Source: Candidatus Bathyarchaeota archaeon (GTDB lineage: Archaea > Thermoproteota > CALKCG01 > B24 > DRYS01). Taken from it: 64,000 nt of DNA. The position numbers and the translations under genes were made by a program. Below, in pieces: positions 29,855-39,817 of this stretch (positions within the stretch are counted from its first letter, which is position 1; the number at the start of each line of letters is the position of its first letter). The notes under the pieces are model-generated. The model did no database searches. It was not told the DNA's origin and saw nothing but the letters and a program-made list of their open reading frames with translations. The stretch covers positions 205,136 through 269,135 of the forward strand of contig JAGTQC010000002.1 in assembly GCA_018396535.1 (NCBI GenBank). Direction: 5' to 3'.

Positions 29855-30385
29855 TTAAACTCCTCCAGATTGTGAAACCACCCCTACTATCGATCCTGTT
29901 AAAACTATGGTATTACCGCTTACTAAACGAATCTCGATAGTCGCTGTAGAACCTCTAAGATCAGCAGACCCATTACCAGGAATTTTAGGAACATCGAACA
30001 CGAATTTTAAGACAGTACCTGCTCCAGGTGGAGTTGGATCGATGGATACTGGTGTAGGTAGAAGATTAGAATCAGTGTATATACCTTTGCAGGGTAGGGT
30101 ATAACCTCCGACTCTAAGCGTTATAGCAGATGTGTCTTGTATTCTATCTGATGAGGTACCTGTATTCATGAATAATACTCCTACAGTAACATTCTCACTA
30201 GGTTCCTCATTAGTAATGACCTGAGTCATGTTTATGAGTGATGCTGATATTTTTGGTCCTCCTACGAATCCCGACCATAGACCCATAAGCCATGCTGCTA
30301 CTGCTAGCGATATAGCTATGGTTACCGCTATTATTATTATCGTAGCTATTACTGGTGATATAGCTTTTCTTTCAATCTTCCTCAT
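29855..30385 (-). CDS. Archaeal type IV pilin (probable major pilin)
   Basis: ERKA|ISPVIATIIIIAVTIAISLAV canonical class III signal; FMNTG; several N-x-T/S sequons; SD GGAGGTGA. Confidence 0.92.
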   Translation of the reverse strand: MRKIERKAISPVIATIIIIAVTIAISLAVAAWLMGLWSGFVGGPKISASLINMTQVITNEEPSENVTVGVLFMNTGTSSDRIQDTSAITLRVGGYTLPCKGIYTDSNLLPTPVSIDPTPPGAGTVLKFVFDVPKIPGNGSADLRGSTATIEIRLVSGNTIVLTGSIVGVVSQSGGV

Positions 30386-30531
30386 AATTTCACCTCCTAC
30401 ACCTATACTATTAATATTTCAAATCTAGAGTATTTAAAGCTTATTATTTGGTAATACCTTTACCATATAGGCTTCGAAAATTTTATTAGAACCTATATAG
30501 CTATATTCGTATTACTGGTGTATAACTGGGT

Positions 30532-30945
30532 TTGGTTGTGGAAGTTAGAGGTTTTGAAAGATTTCAGGATTTCATAGAATCTATCGATAGCGAGGTTACA
30601 CGTCTTAAAGCTCTCCTAGGCGATTATATGCGTAGAGTCGAATCTGTTAAAGCTAGAGCTGAGAAGCATCTAAAGGTTCAGGGTGCGATATCTAAGATAG
30701 CTAAGAAGAAGCTTCCTGAAGGTGAGGTGATAGATCTTAAAGGTGTGGAGGCTTTGATCAACCCCTCTCCTAAACAGGAGCTTGATATACTTCTAGAAGC
30801 TATGCAGAGTGTTCAGGATCGTATAAATCAGCTTGAGAATATCAAGAAATCTGTATCTGTATTTCAGGAAGCTCAGAGTCTCGATATACCTATCGAAGTA
30901 GTGTATAGGGATGGTGTACCTAAGACGATAATAGTTAGGATGTGA
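30532..30945 (+). CDS. Hypothetical coiled-coil protein inside the pilus locus
   Basis: Two amphipathic coiled coils around LINPSPKQE; C-terminal EVVYRDGVPKTIIVRM. Confidence 0.8.
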   Translation: MVVEVRGFERFQDFIESIDSEVTRLKALLGDYMRRVESVKARAEKHLKVQGAISKIAKKKLPEGEVIDLKGVEALINPSPKQELDILLEAMQSVQDRINQLENIKKSVSVFQEAQSLDIPIEVVYRDGVPKTIIVRM

Positions 30946-30959
30946 TATTATACCATAAT

Positions 30960-33623
30960 TCAGCTTCCAACTCCAAGCTCTCTAAGCTCTTCTTCAGATA
31001 CTTCTTCAAGCTCCCTCATCCTACGTCTACGTAGATAGAATATTATAGTTAGCAGTGATCCTATAGGTATCACGGCTAGTAGTAGTATGTATGGTAGATA
31101 CCTCCATAATATAGTTATAAACTCGGGTTGAAGCCTTAGTAGAATCTGCTTAGATTCTGATAGATCTATATATGTAGTTGTAGGTTTATATCCATCCATA
31201 GATACTGTGACGGTGTATCTCCCTCTGATAAGCTCCCTTCTGAATATACCGTAGCTATCTGTATAGGATGCTAAACTCTCAGGCCCCGATATGGTTATCC
31301 TAGCACCTTCTAGAGGCTTATCTACATCATCTACTACTGTTATAGTTAGGGTGTAGGTTTCTGGTTGTAGGATAGCTTCTAGTGAAAGCTTATCAGGTAT
31401 AACTAGATCTACCGAATACCTTCTCCAACCGCTTGATATGAATTCGAATCTATATGAGCCGTATGGTAGGGGGGCTCTAAGTAAACCATCGGTGAAGGAT
31501 GCTTCCGAATATAGCTTACCAGCTCTATAGATTCTAACAGATCCGAATAGAGGTGTACCATCATAGCCTTTAATAGATGCTGTTAGAGTGTATATCGTAG
31601 GATCGAGGGATATTATCGTAACAGTATCATCGGTTAATCGTATAGGTATAGCTTTAGGATTGTAATGGTTTGCTTGAATCTTCAAGATATAGTCTCCGTA
31701 TGGAGCTGTAAATACAGCTTCACCTCTAGCTGATGTATAGGTGTACCCGTATAGCTTATCCATCCACCATAACTCTACCGATGCTCTACCTATGAATTCA
31801 TCGAGCCATGAGCCTACGGTTAAAGCTAGCCTATAGTATTCGGGTGTTAACGGTATGCTAAGGTTTACGCTAGAAGTTAATCTAACCGTAGCGTTATACG
31901 ATTTATAATGATCTGCATAGACTTTAACATTATACGTATCCCTTGGTAGTACTAGTATCGGGTTTACAGGTGTAAGCGTGGTAGATACGTTGAATCCGAG
32001 CCTACCTTCAACCTCTACTCTATAGCTCTCAGGTTTAATATCGATGCTTCTTTCATCGTATACGTTGAATATCAATGGATACATAGGTTGAACTAGGATT
32101 CTAGAATCGACTTCTAGACATAGATCTGATGCTAGCCGTATATCTATGGATGCTTTACCTATATCTATATGATCTACTACTATAGTATAGGATCCTACCG
32201 GTAGGAGTAGCCTAGATGGTGTGGTAGTATATATCTCCATACCCATACCTGCTATCGTTAAATTCGCTCCGGTTATACTTACACCTGTAGGATCCGTTAG
32301 CGATACATCTAGTATACGCTTCTTCAATCTAGCATCTGATAGTATAGCTAGGCTTCCATCGGAGAAGCCTACAGCTAGTCTATAACCTAGATTTGATAGA
32401 TCTATAGAGGTAGCTTTTGATAGGCTTAGAGGTGATCTCCATAGTAGATCCCCTACCTCATCGATCATGTACACCCATCCATCGGATACGCCTACCGCTA
32501 TAGTAAGTGGTATGGATTCTAGAGCGATACATGATGGTGTATATCCTAAGCTTATACTCCATAAGTAGTTAACGATATGAGCAGATATACCGAATAGGTA
32601 TAGCTGATAGTCTTCGGATACTACCGCTATATATCTACCGCTAGAATCCATTCTTACAGCTACACATCTTCCTCCAAGACTATAACTCCAGAAGGATCTG
32701 ATGGTGTAGAATCCGCTAAGCTTATACTCGCTAAGCTCGTATACGCGTATAAGGTATCTAGCCTTAGGATCTGGGTTAGCTGGATTACTACCAGCTGCTA
32801 GGATGAGTTTAGAGAAGCCTGTATCGTATAGTTCTAGTGAATCTAACCTATATCCACGCATATCATCTAAGACTACCTGGAATAGATTCTCTATAATAGT
32901 ATCTGTGAAACGGTAAAATCTGAGTAGCGGCGCATCGTATATCGATAATACTCCAGTCCTATTATCGGATATCCTAGCATATATAGCTATAGCAGCTTCA
33001 CCAGTTAACCCCTGGCTAGATTTAGATGGATAAATCTCTGTGAATATCGATGGATCGAATCTAGCTATAGATAGACTATACCCTTTAACCGTATAGCTGT
33101 ATCCTAGTATCCATTCCTCACCCCTACCTTCAGGTCTACCTATAGCGTAGGAGTATATCCATCCAAGTTCATCTAGAAGTACTACGATCGATCTATCGTA
33201 TAGGTATAGGAGACTCCTAGTTTGAGCTCTACTACATCTATGCCTATAGTCTACTAGGCTCCCGTTATAGCTATAGACTGTTAGCTCCATAGCCTTGGAT
33301 ACGGCTACTATATACTCTAGGTTTATGCTACCCTGCATATGGGATATACCGGCTCTCATAGGTGTCTTCCATAGGATACGCCCATCGTATCCTAGGAGAT
33401 ATAGGTACCCGGTATCAGATGCTACAGCTATATGTGAACCGTCGTAAGCTATATCTATGGATGTTATCGATCCATCAATCTTGGTATAAATGGATTTAGG
33501 TATAGATATGATGGGAGTTACATATTCAGCTCTATATCTAGGCATATACATAGATGCTATGGTTAATACCAGTACTATGCATACAAACATGTATAGATGA
33601 ATATTTACAGATCTATTCTCCAA
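30960..33623 (-). CDS. Surface protein: WD40-like beta-propeller, about 5 PEGA/carboxypeptidase-regulatory-like repeats, C-terminal TM anchor
   Basis: Signal peptide; DIAYDGSHIAVAS, DSSGRYIAV, DLSNLGYRLAVG blades; repeats ending L.P..Y.L with G.Y.V.V..GY; TM followed by RRRR. Confidence 0.82.
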   Translation of the reverse strand: MENRSVNIHLYMFVCIVLVLTIASMYMPRYRAEYVTPIISIPKSIYTKIDGSITSIDIAYDGSHIAVASDTGYLYLLGYDGRILWKTPMRAGISHMQGSINLEYIVAVSKAMELTVYSYNGSLVDYRHRCSRAQTRSLLYLYDRSIVVLLDELGWIYSYAIGRPEGRGEEWILGYSYTVKGYSLSIARFDPSIFTEIYPSKSSQGLTGEAAIAIYARISDNRTGVLSIYDAPLLRFYRFTDTIIENLFQVVLDDMRGYRLDSLELYDTGFSKLILAAGSNPANPDPKARYLIRVYELSEYKLSGFYTIRSFWSYSLGGRCVAVRMDSSGRYIAVVSEDYQLYLFGISAHIVNYLWSISLGYTPSCIALESIPLTIAVGVSDGWVYMIDEVGDLLWRSPLSLSKATSIDLSNLGYRLAVGFSDGSLAILSDARLKKRILDVSLTDPTGVSITGANLTIAGMGMEIYTTTPSRLLLPVGSYTIVVDHIDIGKASIDIRLASDLCLEVDSRILVQPMYPLIFNVYDERSIDIKPESYRVEVEGRLGFNVSTTLTPVNPILVLPRDTYNVKVYADHYKSYNATVRLTSSVNLSIPLTPEYYRLALTVGSWLDEFIGRASVELWWMDKLYGYTYTSARGEAVFTAPYGDYILKIQANHYNPKAIPIRLTDDTVTIISLDPTIYTLTASIKGYDGTPLFGSVRIYRAGKLYSEASFTDGLLRAPLPYGSYRFEFISSGWRRYSVDLVIPDKLSLEAILQPETYTLTITVVDDVDKPLEGARITISGPESLASYTDSYGIFRRELIRGRYTVTVSMDGYKPTTTYIDLSESKQILLRLQPEFITILWRYLPYILLLAVIPIGSLLTIIFYLRRRRMRELEEVSEEELRELGVGS

Positions 33624-33723
33624 ATCTAAATTACACCACGCCTTATATTGACATAGAAAACCTTTAAATACTTTTCTATTTTCTAAAAGTATTCAATTTC
33701 AGAATAGGTTAGGAGTAGATGAT

Positions 33724-35280
33724 ATGATAGAAGGTGTTGGGAGAACAGATGCTTCTACAGAAGCTGGGTTAGTAACGATAACCCCTACTCTAATACCAAA
33801 AGGCTTCAGGATTATCGAAGGCTATAGTATAAGAGAACCCTATGTACGTATAGCTATAGTTCGTAACGATGAAACAGGTGAGATACTATACCTCGTAGAT
33901 GAGGTTAAACTTACACGTAGGGAGAGGAGTATCTATCTACGTATAATCGAAACACTCGAATGGGAGCTTAAACCTATAGAAGAAACTGAAGATCCATATG
34001 AATACTTTAGGAAGACGGCTGTTAAAACTATACATAAGTATAGGATTAGGCTCGGGAATATACCTGGTGTATCTTGGGCTAAGATACTATACTATGCTGA
34101 AAGGGATATACTAGGCTATGGTAAGATAGATGCTTTAATGAAGGATCCGAACCTGGAGGATATAAGCTGCGATGGTTATGGTAGACCTATCTACGTATGG
34201 CATAGACGCTATGAGTATATACCGACGAACGTGATGTTCGAAGATGAGGAGGAGCTTAACGAATTCGTATTAAAGCTTGCACATAAAGCTGGTAAACATG
34301 TATCGACTGCATGGCCTATACTCGATGCTATGCTACCAGGTATGCATAGGGTTGCAGCTACGTTTAGTAAAGAAGTATCGACAAGCGGATCTACATTTAC
34401 TATAAGGAAGTTTAGGGAGGATCCTATATCGGTAATCGATCTGATAAACTTTGGTACGATAGATCCTGAGACTGCAGCCTACCTATGGATTGCTATGGAG
34501 TATAAGATGCCAGCTTTGATAATGGGTGTTACCGGTAGTGGTAAGACTACTTTATTGAACGCTCTCACATGTCTATTCAGACCTACACTTAAAGTCGTTA
34601 CTATAGAGGATATACCTGAGCTTAGACTACCGTTAGAGAACTGGGTTCAGCTAGTATCCAGACCTAGTTATAGCCTTGGACCTGAGAGGGTTGGGGAGAT
34701 TTCACTCTTCGATCTAGTTAAAGTTTCTCTAAGATATAGACCTGATATAATCATAGTAGGTGAGGTTAGGGGTGAGGAGGCATACGTATTATTCCAAGCT
34801 CTAGCTACGGGTCATGGAGGGCTTACAACCATACATGCTGAGGATGTGGAAGCAGCTGTTAGACGTTTAACATCACCACCTATGAATATACCTGATGGCT
34901 ACATACCTTTGATGAAGCTTGGTATGATAATAAGGAGGGTTAGGATATTCTCAGAGGATAATCCTGCAGGTAGGATTACACGTAGGGTTGCAGGAGTCTA
35001 CGAGGTGAAGGGGGTTGGAAGCTATAATCGTGTATCCATATGGGATCCTTATAGGGATAGATTCGAGAAGAATCTAAACGATAGCTTCGTATTGAGAGAG
35101 ATAGCTGAAACCATAGGTAGGAGCTATGATCAGCTTCTAGAAGAGGTTTCTAGACGTAGCACCGTACTCAGATGGATGGCTTCTAAAGGTATAAGAAGCT
35201 ATAAGGATGTAGCTTCCATGGTGCATCTGTATTATGCTGATCCATGGAGGGTGTATGAACGTGCGGTTAAGGAAGCGTAG
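33724..35280 (+). CDS. Type IV pilus assembly ATPase 1 (VirB11/TadA/ArlI family)
   Basis: LEDISCDG, TFTIRKF, GVTGSGKT, TIEDIPE, RYRPDIIIVGEVRGEEA, TGHGGLTTIHA. Confidence 0.95.
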   Translation: MIEGVGRTDASTEAGLVTITPTLIPKGFRIIEGYSIREPYVRIAIVRNDETGEILYLVDEVKLTRRERSIYLRIIETLEWELKPIEETEDPYEYFRKTAVKTIHKYRIRLGNIPGVSWAKILYYAERDILGYGKIDALMKDPNLEDISCDGYGRPIYVWHRRYEYIPTNVMFEDEEELNEFVLKLAHKAGKHVSTAWPILDAMLPGMHRVAATFSKEVSTSGSTFTIRKFREDPISVIDLINFGTIDPETAAYLWIAMEYKMPALIMGVTGSGKTTLLNALTCLFRPTLKVVTIEDIPELRLPLENWVQLVSRPSYSLGPERVGEISLFDLVKVSLRYRPDIIIVGEVRGEEAYVLFQALATGHGGLTTIHAEDVEAAVRRLTSPPMNIPDGYIPLMKLGMIIRRVRIFSEDNPAGRITRRVAGVYEVKGVGSYNRVSIWDPYRDRFEKNLNDSFVLREIAETIGRSYDQLLEEVSRRSTVLRWMASKGIRSYKDVASMVHLYYADPWRVYERAVKEA

Positions 35281-37057
35281 AGAAGCTGTGACGGAGGAGG
35301 CTCTACCGAAGCCGGAAGAGCCTCTAACCTTCATGGATAAGCTAGATGTATTCGCATACTCCCTATTCGGAGGGATATCCTCTAGGGTTGCTAGAAGCTT
35401 CGAATTCGATAAGTATCTAAGTAGAGCTGGTATAGATGTTAGCCCTACGCTATACGCTGCTAGAGCTCTACTATTTACGCTTATATCCACCTACATAGCC
35501 TATATGGCTATAACCTCTACTATACTCTTCGCAGAGGGTATGATAGTTAAGATTCTAGTCTTGATCGTAGCTTCCATGATTCCTCTCATGACACTCTCAT
35601 TCTTCCTGATATATCCATCACTTAAAGCTTCTAGCAGGAGTAAGGATATGGAGCATGAGCTGCCATTCTTCGCAGCCTACATATCGACTATGATTAGGGG
35701 GGGATTGAGTATAAGCGCAGCTTTAGAAAGGCTATCTAGGATAAAGGATCTGCCTGGAGCTTCTATGGAGGCTAAACGTATACTTAGAGATATAAAGGTC
35801 TTCGGGAAGGATCCTATATCCGCTCTAGAGGATAGTGTTAAGGAGCATCCGAATAGATACTATAGAGACTTCATACTAGGCTATACATCTACGGTTAGGA
35901 GGGGTGGAGATATAATCCACTATCTATATAGTAAGACTGAGGGGTTATTCGAAGCTCATGCCGCTATGATTAAGAGGATAGCGGATAAAGTTGCTTTAGC
36001 AGCTGAGGTATACGTTATACTCATAGTGTTGGTAGGTCTCGGATTCTACATATTCTTCGCTGTATCCACTATGATGCCTGGTCAAACTGCAAGCCCATTC
36101 TCCTCGATAGTATCACTAATACTATTCGCATACCTTCTTATGCCTCTACTATCGCTTATAACTCTTCTAATGGTAGATGCCATGATGCCTAAGATGGTTA
36201 TACCGATAAACGAGCCTAATAAGACGCTTATCCTAAGTATACCATTGGGTATAGGTGTAACTCTAGCCGTACTCTATGCTACCGGTGGCTGGAGCTTTAT
36301 ACAGAGTGGAGTGATAAACAGGTATACTGTAGTATCGACTATATTCGCTCTATCCATAGGTCTTATAGCTTTATCAACACCTCCTGCACTACATTACTCC
36401 TTACTAGCTAAAGGTATTAGAGGATTTGAAGATGATGTTGCTAGCTTTCTAAGAGATCTAGTAGAGGTTAGGAAGACTGGTATATCACCTGAGAGATGCA
36501 TAATCTATACATCTAGGAGGAGCTATGGCAGGTTTACACCCTTAGTAAACGATATGTCTAAACTACTATCATGGGGTATACCTATACGTAGAGCTATCGA
36601 GAGGGTGATATCTAGAACTAAGAATTGGTTTGTTAGAGTTCTACTAACATTCCTAGCTGAAGCTATAGATGTAGGAGGTGGGAGTGTAGAGATACTTGAA
36701 GCTCTAGCTAGATTCTCCTTCTCGCTAGCAGAGTATGAGAAGGAGCTTAGAGCTAGGATAAAGCCATACATTATGATGCCATACTTCGGAGCATTGATGA
36801 CTGTCGTATCAACCATACTCATAGTATACTTCACAAGCCAGACTATGGCTATACTACCGAGTAAACCCCCGATAACTATGGAGGAAGCTGTATTCTACTT
36901 CTCTACATCGATGATAATAAACTCATGGCTTATAGGGCTTGTAGCAGGTAAGATAAGTAATCAGCAGACTATGGCTGGACTTACACATTCGACGATACTA
37001 GTCTTCACAGTATTCGCTACACTAGCTATAATGAATGCTATGCTATTCCAATTCTAA
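35255..37057 (+). CDS. Type IV pilus membrane platform protein with two fused T2SSF domains (ArlJ/AapF-like)
   Basis: ELPFFAAYI...GGD and DVASFLRDL..RKTG...GGG domains, AGKI; start ATG 35255 after SD GGAGG. Confidence 0.9.
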   Translation: MNVRLRKRREAVTEEALPKPEEPLTFMDKLDVFAYSLFGGISSRVARSFEFDKYLSRAGIDVSPTLYAARALLFTLISTYIAYMAITSTILFAEGMIVKILVLIVASMIPLMTLSFFLIYPSLKASSRSKDMEHELPFFAAYISTMIRGGLSISAALERLSRIKDLPGASMEAKRILRDIKVFGKDPISALEDSVKEHPNRYYRDFILGYTSTVRRGGDIIHYLYSKTEGLFEAHAAMIKRIADKVALAAEVYVILIVLVGLGFYIFFAVSTMMPGQTASPFSSIVSLILFAYLLMPLLSLITLLMVDAMMPKMVIPINEPNKTLILSIPLGIGVTLAVLYATGGWSFIQSGVINRYTVVSTIFALSIGLIALSTPPALHYSLLAKGIRGFEDDVASFLRDLVEVRKTGISPERCIIYTSRRSYGRFTPLVNDMSKLLSWGIPIRRAIERVISRTKNWFVRVLLTFLAEAIDVGGGSVEILEALARFSFSLAEYEKELRARIKPYIMMPYFGALMTVVSTILIVYFTSQTMAILPSKPPITMEEAVFYFSTSMIINSWLIGLVAGKISNQQTMAGLTHSTILVFTVFATLAIMNAMLFQF

Positions 37058-37303
37058 ACTGGTAAACGTTCACTATTCGAGTAGGGGGTCGTGTATTCCT
37101 AGATTATTCCTAGATGAAACTATCATACCGATATTCTTAGAGCTAGGAGGGGTAGGGAGGCTGGTGTTTAGTAGTTTATCCTTGATATAGGATCGGATAC
37201 TATTAGATTCGCTTACCTAGATACACGTATAGAGGGAAGGGGATGTAGCATACCTATAGTTGAAGTATAAGATTCTATCATAGGGTATGGGTACCGTAAG
37301 ATC

Positions 37304-37756
37304 CTATATTACGGTTATATCAGCCATGAAGATCTTATTCCCAGAATCGTCTAGAACTACTACTATGATCCTATCACCTATCCTTATATCGGGAGATCCT
37401 TCATCCCCCTTAACCTCTACTACTAGAATCCTACCTGGTGGTAGATCTACGTAACGATCACCTGCTATGATATCGTCATCATCCTTCGAATCCCAATCTA
37501 ACCCGCCAGCCTTAATATTAACATCACCTATCCTCACTGTAGTAGCACCTATATTCCTTATAGTTACACCTAACGTATTCCTATCTATGTATACGACTTT
37601 ATCTATGATAACCTGAGACGGCTTCTGGCCGACCATATTCGATACCCACGTCCATATTATTACCGAAGCTACAACCGTTATGATTATGAGTAGTAGTGTC
37701 GCTACTACTGGGCTTACGATCTTCCTACCGATATTCACACGGTTTCCACGCAACAC
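37304..37756 (-). CDS. Archaeal type IV pilin
   Basis: GRKI|VSPVVATLLLIIITVVASVIIWTW; IRNIG. Confidence 0.85.
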   Translation of the reverse strand: MLRGNRVNIGRKIVSPVVATLLLIIITVVASVIIWTWVSNMVGQKPSQVIIDKVVYIDRNTLGVTIRNIGATTVRIGDVNIKAGGLDWDSKDDDDIIAGDRYVDLPPGRILVVEVKGDEGSPDIRIGDRIIVVVLDDSGNKIFMADITVI

Positions 37757-37860
37757 GCATACTATTTTGTAATCGATTACCTATAAATAGTTTTTCACTT
37801 TAGAAATATCTATAGATGTAAGTTAAAGCTAAGTTTAAAGAGCTATACGTAGAAATAATA

Positions 37861-38283
37861 TTGCTGGTTATGTCTAGACTCGCCGTATCAGAGGTAGTCG
37901 GATCCCTTCTAATGATAGTTATGGTAGTAGCTTTAGCTTCGATAGTATTGGGGGCTGTGAATCAATGGGTTTATACGCAGAGGGGGATAACTCTCCATAT
38001 GATGAGGGAGGCATTCGTAATCGAGGATGTATGGTTTAGACATATCGATAGTAGAGGTGTCATAACGATAACTATATACAATTATGGAAGTGTAGGTTTA
38101 ACAATTAGCCGCATATACGTTAACGGTACCCTAGTATTAAGCGGAGGGTATAGTATAGAGCCTGGTAGCCATTTATCGATAGATGTAGGCTACGACTGGT
38201 TCTACGATACAAAGTATGCTATCATAGTTTATACGGAGAGTGGGAGGGTTGTACGTATCGAAGAGAAATCTCCAAAAATCTAG
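37861..38283 (+). CDS. Archaeal type IV pilin (minor)
   Basis: SRLA|VSEVVGSLLMIVMVV; IEDVWF, IYNYG, IYVNG, YTESG. Confidence 0.88.
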   Translation: MLVMSRLAVSEVVGSLLMIVMVVALASIVLGAVNQWVYTQRGITLHMMREAFVIEDVWFRHIDSRGVITITIYNYGSVGLTISRIYVNGTLVLSGGYSIEPGSHLSIDVGYDWFYDTKYAIIVYTESGRVVRIEEKSPKI

Positions 38284-39040
38284 ATGTGAATCTGAACCTA
38301 TAGGCTTAGCTCTAGCAGTTATAGCGATAGTATTGATAGCCTATACATACTGGAGTATCATCGAGGGATTCTTTGAATCTGCTATCCTAAGCCTAGGAGG
38401 TATCGGTGAATCTCTAGAGGTAAGGTATGCATACTACGTGGATGAGGAAGTTTACATGGGAGAATCCCTAGATATACTTTTAGATGGAGATTTAACTCTT
38501 AGACTCTACTTGGGAGCTGAATATATCCATGCGTTAGAGTTTAACGTTATAGCTAGATCACTATCAGGTTATACGAGGATCAAACTCTACATATACGATT
38601 ATAGAGAGGGGGTATGGCATAGAATATCGGAGTTTACGGTTGACCAGTATACTAGGCTTTACGGACCGTTTAGATTCTACCATGCTTCGAACAATCTCTA
38701 CGATGGATCGATCTATATGAAATTCGAGATTTCGGATGGATCGGTAAATCTCGATAGAGTATATGCTATAGGTTATCTTAGAAGATCGAATATCGTTAGG
38801 ATAGGGTTATATAGTTTATCACAGTATAAGCCGGTTATAGTATCTAGGTTATGGTTGTATGACCCGTATACTGTTTCATCCATAGATGAAAGATGTATCG
38901 TTCGATACGGATCTATCTCCGACCTATATGTAGATACTGGATCACCGTATGTATACATGGTTAAGGTGGTTACAGAAGATGGAGGAGTATATTCTAGATA
39001 TCTTTGGAGGGGGGTTGATGAGCTGTATAACCATATCTAG
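38240..39040 (+). CDS. Pilin-like protein with an inserted beta-rich domain
   Basis: KSRC|ESEPIGLALAVIAIV; C-terminal VKVVTEDG pilin-type strand; in the pilus operon. Confidence 0.7.
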   Translation: MGGLYVSKRNLQKSRCESEPIGLALAVIAIVLIAYTYWSIIEGFFESAILSLGGIGESLEVRYAYYVDEEVYMGESLDILLDGDLTLRLYLGAEYIHALEFNVIARSLSGYTRIKLYIYDYREGVWHRISEFTVDQYTRLYGPFRFYHASNNLYDGSIYMKFEISDGSVNLDRVYAIGYLRRSNIVRIGLYSLSQYKPVIVSRLWLYDPYTVSSIDERCIVRYGSISDLYVDTGSPYVYMVKVVTEDGGVYSRYLWRGVDELYNHI

Positions 39041-39815
39041 ACGTAGGAGTGAATCGACGATAGTAGGGGTTGTATTCCTATTGATGGCATCCATCATAAT
39101 AGCTATGTATATGGTTGAATTCTACGAAGCCTATATGGAGACACGGTGGAGGGAGGATCTTAGATCTAGGGAGAATATAGTATTCGTAGGATTGGATGAT
39201 GCCGATACTCAGCATAGAGTAGTCTATTTGATCGATAGGATTATCGAAGCATCATTCTCTGAGGAGAGCGGTTTTTATGAAGCTAATCTAACGATGAGAA
39301 TGGAGCTGGGGGTATACAACGTTAGATATCTAGTCCTATACTATAGGGGGTATGTCTATTCAGATAGGGTTGTCGAGCATACAATCTACATATCGAAAAT
39401 AGATGGAGGTAGAGATCTCATAGCAAGTATAGATGCATCAAGCTATGATAGAATCTATGGACCCTTCACTATACCGAAGCCAGCTGTATACGTTTATCCA
39501 GATGGATCTATAATCATGTATATTCATGCTAAGAGTAGCGAATCCTTCGCTATACATGCTATAAGTTTTGAAGCTAGGTTTACAGGATGCTACCGTCTAG
39601 GCTTCATCCAGGTACAGAATATTGGTGATATAACCGTAGATATAGTAGGATTATGGGAGGTATACGATTCTGGATCTAAGGTTAGAAGGGATACATGCAT
39701 AGCTCTACGTCCAGGTGAAAGCTGTATAATCATCGATAGGATACCTGAGGATCTGGTAGAGGTTAAAGTTATAACTCGTAGAGGTAATATATTCATAGGT
39801 AAAGTGAAAAATTAG
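39018..39815 (+). CDS. Pilin-like protein with an inserted beta-rich domain
   Basis: Start ATG 39018 after GGAGGGGG; RRRS|ESTIVGVVFLLM; VQNIG...LRPGES...VKVITRRGN. Confidence 0.75.
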   Translation: MSCITISRRRSESTIVGVVFLLMASIIIAMYMVEFYEAYMETRWREDLRSRENIVFVGLDDADTQHRVVYLIDRIIEASFSEESGFYEANLTMRMELGVYNVRYLVLYYRGYVYSDRVVEHTIYISKIDGGRDLIASIDASSYDRIYGPFTIPKPAVYVYPDGSIIMYIHAKSSESFAIHAISFEARFTGCYRLGFIQVQNIGDITVDIVGLWEVYDSGSKVRRDTCIALRPGESCIIIDRIPEDLVEVKVITRRGNIFIGKVKN

Positions 39816-39817
39816 CG

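Noticed and set aside
37058-37303. 246-bp gap between the platform gene and a pilin
   Set aside because: Only short broken frames; no repeat, tRNA fold or IS end recognisable.
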